A stretch of 51,005 nt of DNA, counting the filler, from Circinaria calcarea (taxonomy: Eukaryota): NCBI GenBank assembly GCA_051942165.1. It is 2 parts of 2 records of this genome, joined end to end, with 100 filler letters (N's around TTAATTAATTAA, not from the genome) between each part and the next. Parts side by side here need not be neighbours in the genome. Positions count along the whole stretch, not along the records: positions 25,559 to 51,005 come from JAVECS010000093.1; 1 more part is not named here. One strand, written 5' to 3'. The notes under the pieces are model-generated. The model ran no database searches. It worked only from the letters and a program-made list of their open reading frames with translations, and was not told the origin of the DNA. Both the position numbers and the translations under genes were made by a program. Numbering within the stretch: position 1 is the stretch's first letter; the number at the start of each line of letters is the position of its first letter. Shown here piece by piece: positions 46,629 to 51,005 of the stretch.

Positions 46629-47381
46629 CATATGGGTGAACCGGATAGGAATCCATTGAAAATAAAGAGAGAGTCTATGCGACAATAGATGCCCCCACGG
46701 TGTTTGGTCTAGGAACACCCATATTTCTAGCTCAAATATCGTCATGTGCAACTAGCTATCGCGCCCATGTTACAAGCCTCTGTTGCGACAACTGCAGGAT
46801 CTTGAGAAAGGTCATATGCTGGGCATGAAAGCTTAACTAGCCAGCAGTTACCTCTTATCATTATCTGTTTCACCTTGATCTCTATCTTTGACGACCTCGT
46901 CGCCTATCTTTGTATTCATCAATGTCCATCCGTGGATTAAAAAATGACGCGAGGGCATGTATGCATCAACGCTAAGCAGCTGAAAACCTTGAAAGTCGTG
47001 GAACAAAACAGATACGCGATGTCATCCTTGAGATGTCTGGTGCCTCCACTCACTCATTTAACCAAACTTGATCATCAGAAGGTCCCGGATGACGGCAATC
47101 GATGCCTGAGCGAGTTCTCCCTCATCGCCGCTGTATACGTGAATGTGGTCTAATCCGACATCCGCAAAAGCCAATCAGGGGTTCAAGTGACGGGATCCGG
47201 GTCGCCAGAAAGCAGGCAGGCCATCCAACGGGACATCGAAGCACATGGTGAGCTCCTCCAGGTGATGCATATGGAGCGATAGCTTATGACATCACTTCAG
47301 CCATTCCATATCCTCTCCATACTGGTGATTTTTATCTGGTGAGGGGAAGAATGCCTCCACTGGCGAATAGTGTACGCGCAA

Positions 47382-47956
47382 CTACCTTGTTGCTGACTCC
47401 GAGGGTAGACTGACGCTAGACAGGAATCTGCGTATGGTCTTAGGGGAATAGAAGTGAAAGGCATGGCTCGAGTAGAATATCAGGCTCGCCTCGGCATTTA
47501 TTTGGCGACAAATGAGGAGGATGGCGGCTGGTCGATGTGGAAGCCCAGAGGAAGGTGTCTTGTTTTCCCATGCCTTAGATTGTTCGCTTGGTTTGCGTCC
47601 TTTTGCGGATATGCGTGATTGTCGCTGCGATAAGAATTTCATGTATTGAAGACACTTCCACACAACTGGCTCGAATGTGAGCAAGCTAGACTCTTGCATC
47701 GAGAAGGTCATGTCTTTGTCCGGTGTTAACCAATGGATGGCTATGTCTTTCGGCTCGAGCCGTATCGATATATCCTGTTGCGCACCCCCCCTGGCAAATC
47801 GAGAAACCCCACGGATGCTTTCGCTTCAACACAACTTGGGTGTCTTGCGCTGTTGGGACAACGGGAAAGGGCATAACCAAGAGGAGACGCCGACCGGGAA
47901 GTTGGTGTCGGTAGGTTAACGGGTCGTAACTTATCAATCAAGCTCGTTGGATCCAC
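47382..47956 (-). pseudogene. F-box-like fungal hypothetical protein, frameshifted near 47760
   Basis: GFLDLPGGVRNRIYRY, followed in another frame by AAILLICRQINAEASLIFYSSHAFHF; 3' end unresolved. Confidence 0.55.
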
Positions 47957-49267
47957 CGATTGTCGAGTCTCCCATTTGGCCTGAAGAAGTGTGAAAACGG
48001 AATGGTTGGCTCACTTTAATGAAAGCTTTATGGTGCGTGGCTACCTTGAAGACTAAGGATGGTAATGGAAATCTGAGCATAGGACAGGGGAGAAAAAGCA
48101 CATACCAATCTTATAAAGAGAACGGGTCAAAGGGCATGATCCGAAATATTTAGAGATGGACGTTGGACTGATTGTACCTCCATGACTGGGTCTTGGGTGA
48201 GATAGCCTCCGAAACCTTTTCCCCAGCCGAGCATGTTTCCAGCCATATGTACCAGTTGAACCGAAACCCAGCACCCTATCAGAAGACCGCAACTCTTAAT
48301 GACCGGGAGAAATCAGAGAGTTTGAGCAGAGGAAAGTGGTCCTTCATGGTAACAATAGGGGAAATGGGCACAAAGTCAATACGGCAAGCGAAAGCATTGG
48401 GGCGAAAACCAGTTTCAAGCACACCAAGGCAGCTAGTCAGCCGGGGCAATTCAAAACATGGTAACTTGGGCACAAATATAAGACGATCAAGTCCAGTAAG
48501 TCAAACTCACCGACGGCGTGATAAACTAAACCGCAATCAGGCCGACGGAACAGGTTTGCAAGTCTGGAAACCATCATAGATACCAAGATTTCTCCTAGCC
48601 TCGCCTGCGTATTGAAAGACGATCTATGTACAGCTGGAATTGGGAGGAAGAGAAGGCTTTCCATGATTATTTCCTGCCATGGGTTTGTCCCCACGTCAAG
48701 TCAACATGTCAAGTAGAGGTCAATTCGACTTCCCCATAAAGTTCATGTATTGAAAACGATCACACCGAAGCGCTGTGGCAGTCTAGTCCGCTCGGTCACG
48801 TAGATTCATAGTGGAGCAGCGGTGGCGAGCGGAGTGGATACCTATAGGTACTGTGGTACTACCGTAGGCCTGGAAAGAAGCTATTCCTACAAATACCCGC
48901 CGCCAAGCAGCAGCCCTTGCAAGTCGCTAATAAACTCCCTTACTCCCTACTCCTCGGAAGATCTGCTAAACTACGGCCCACAGGAGATGGCTGCGCTAAG
49001 ATAAGGTAAAATAATTTATGTGGGGAAAGTGGGCAAAGTGGGCAGATCACAGATTACCGTCATTATCCTGTAATAACCAAAGCCCTAAGTAACGTAATCT
49101 TCTGTCGAATCGGACATGGCAGTGTCCGGAATTATGCATTTGGCTTCAGCCCACGGAGCAAGTGTTTCAGCCCTACAGACAGTCTACTTGGGCTGAAGAT
49201 CCCGGGCCTACCTGCCACTCCGTCCGCAACGCAAAAACTCACCTTCCGAAACCCACCCGTGACAAGA

Positions 49268-51005
49268 ATGGCCGACGATACCATCAACCCCAAGAAGACG
49301 GGGGATGACATTAAGCAGAACGTTATCCTCGCGCCTTCCAGCTCGAAGGAGGCCTTGCGCTCACAACCTCCAGCTGCCCCGGTGAGGACTCCATCCTTGC
49401 GTCAAGGCTACATGCAGAGCCCAAGTCCAACCCATCGTCAGTCCTTCAATGAGGGGCTTCGTCACCCACCTTCTCCCCGAGTCGGTCGCCAACCTTCGCT
49501 CTCGCACGTTGGAGCCCAAGATCTCTGGAACAACCCGCCTCGCACCGGCTCGCCCGATCCTGTCTTTGTTGGACGTGATTGGCACGGGATTGGCGCCGGT
49601 GAGCTCGTGGTCGCAGAGGATGTACGCTTCGCGGATCTCGATACGACCGTCGAGAAGGTTACTGATGTAAGACTGTCTCTATACGACCCCCTTCTCTGGG
49701 GCGCTTCTAAGTCTCCTACAGATCCTAATCCATTCCCCTTCGTCAGTCGTACTCATTCGCGCTGATCCCTCGGAGAAATCTGCGGTCGGTACCTTCGACT
49801 ACAAAGACCTCAATCGCTTCCTCCTATTCGCAACGGGTAACCTTCATACGGATGATGCTCAACGCCCTTATGTCCAGGAGCTTGGCAGAAAAGCTCAGCA
49901 GGGCCACAAGGTCATCGTCAAAGAACTCAAGGGCTTAGGCGCCCAGGAGGAGTTGGTCACGCTGGCACAGGATGCCAGGCTTACGAAAGCTGTCAAGGCA
50001 TTCGGCGGGGGTGTCCATCGTATCGTGACTGTTAAAGAACCAACCAACGAGGTGACGGGTATTCTGAGCCAGCTACACCTGGTCAAGTTTCTTTGGGAGA
50101 ATGGGAGTAGTTTTCCTGTCCTAGACAGACTTTACCCGTGCACCATTAAAGATCTTGGCGTTTGGTCGCAGACTGTGATCTCCATCAAGTAAGTCCTCGT
50201 CGTTTTCTTTTGCCTTACCATTGGCTATGCTAACGCTCGAGATTACAGTGGTGACAAGCCTCTTGAAGAAGCTCTCATATTGATGGACAATGAAGGCATC
50301 AGCTCTATTGCGGTGGTGGATGACCAGAATAACGTGATCGGGAATATTTCCACCGTGGATACAAAGGTGAAAAAATAAACGAATCCTTCAAAGTTTCACA
50401 AGCTGACTCCTCACAGCTTATTACAAAAGAGAGCGATGCTCCTCTTCTTAAGAATACTTGCATTCACTTCATTTCCGTTATCCTATCTACCCGTGGTATG
50501 GACGAAGGCAAAGACGCTTTCCCGGTCTTCTACGTGACCCCCTACACCACCCTAGCACATACCGTTGCTAAGCTTGTGGCCACAAAGTCTCACCGGTAAG
50601 CTACCTTTATCACCTACTCGCTGATTTGATACTCACCAACCTTCCCTAACTAGTATGTGGGTTGTCAATTCCTCCTCCCCTTATGACTCCGGGCCGCCAA
50701 CCCCCGCCGGTCAACAATCCGTGTTCTACCCGCCTCACCAAGCTCCCACAATCCCACAAGCAGCACCCTCCTTCACACCTCACTCCGCCACTCCTTCGGT
50801 CTCTGCGTCAGCACTCCCGGTTTCCTCCATGTCCGGTCATCTCTGCGGCGTCGTTTCTTTAACTGACATTCTCAATCTCTTCGCACGTGTCAGCGGCCTC
50901 CATCCGGATGATCCGAACGAGACTCGCCGTCACCGGCGTCGCAGCAGCAGTATCAGTTTGGTCAGGGGCAGTTTGGACAGCGCGAGGAGCTCCAATATGG
51001 ATCTC
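49268..51005 (+). CDS. SDS23: SDS23/Moc1 CBS-domain protein (3' end outside window)
   Basis: [113 protein letters not shown]; canonical introns. Confidence 0.9.

Overview
Filamentous-ascomycete (Pezizomycotina-type) genomic DNA with short GT-AG introns. An artificial N44-TTAATTAATTAA-N44 linker at 25459-25558 splits it into two pieces that need not be adjacent in vivo. The left piece (1-25458) is accessory-type sequence: orphan genes, a triply disrupted BCS1-like AAA ATPase, a frameshifted small kinase, a KDM4-like JmjC reading frame directly upstream of a decayed Mutator (MULE) transposase, and an intact pogo/Fot1 DD35D transposase. Its standout feature is a divergently transcribed pair of a HeLo-like cell-death effector (16361-17261, minus) and an NB-ARC/TPR NLR (17589-19353, plus). 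The two share a PP-type amyloid signalling motif, an architecture already described as HELLP/PNT1. The right piece carries core genes (ELYS-like nucleoporin, condensin SMC4, mitochondrial GatB/PET112, SDS23) and a WSC/Ser-rich secreted-protein gene. An ~11 kb island (~37.4-48.7 kb) interrupts them, holding a Upf1-like helicase pseudogene, short tandem repeats, a duplicated 32-bp palindrome and an intact FHA-kinase gene. No rRNA, tRNA or CRISPR array was found. All calls come from manual motif reading; no database searches were run.
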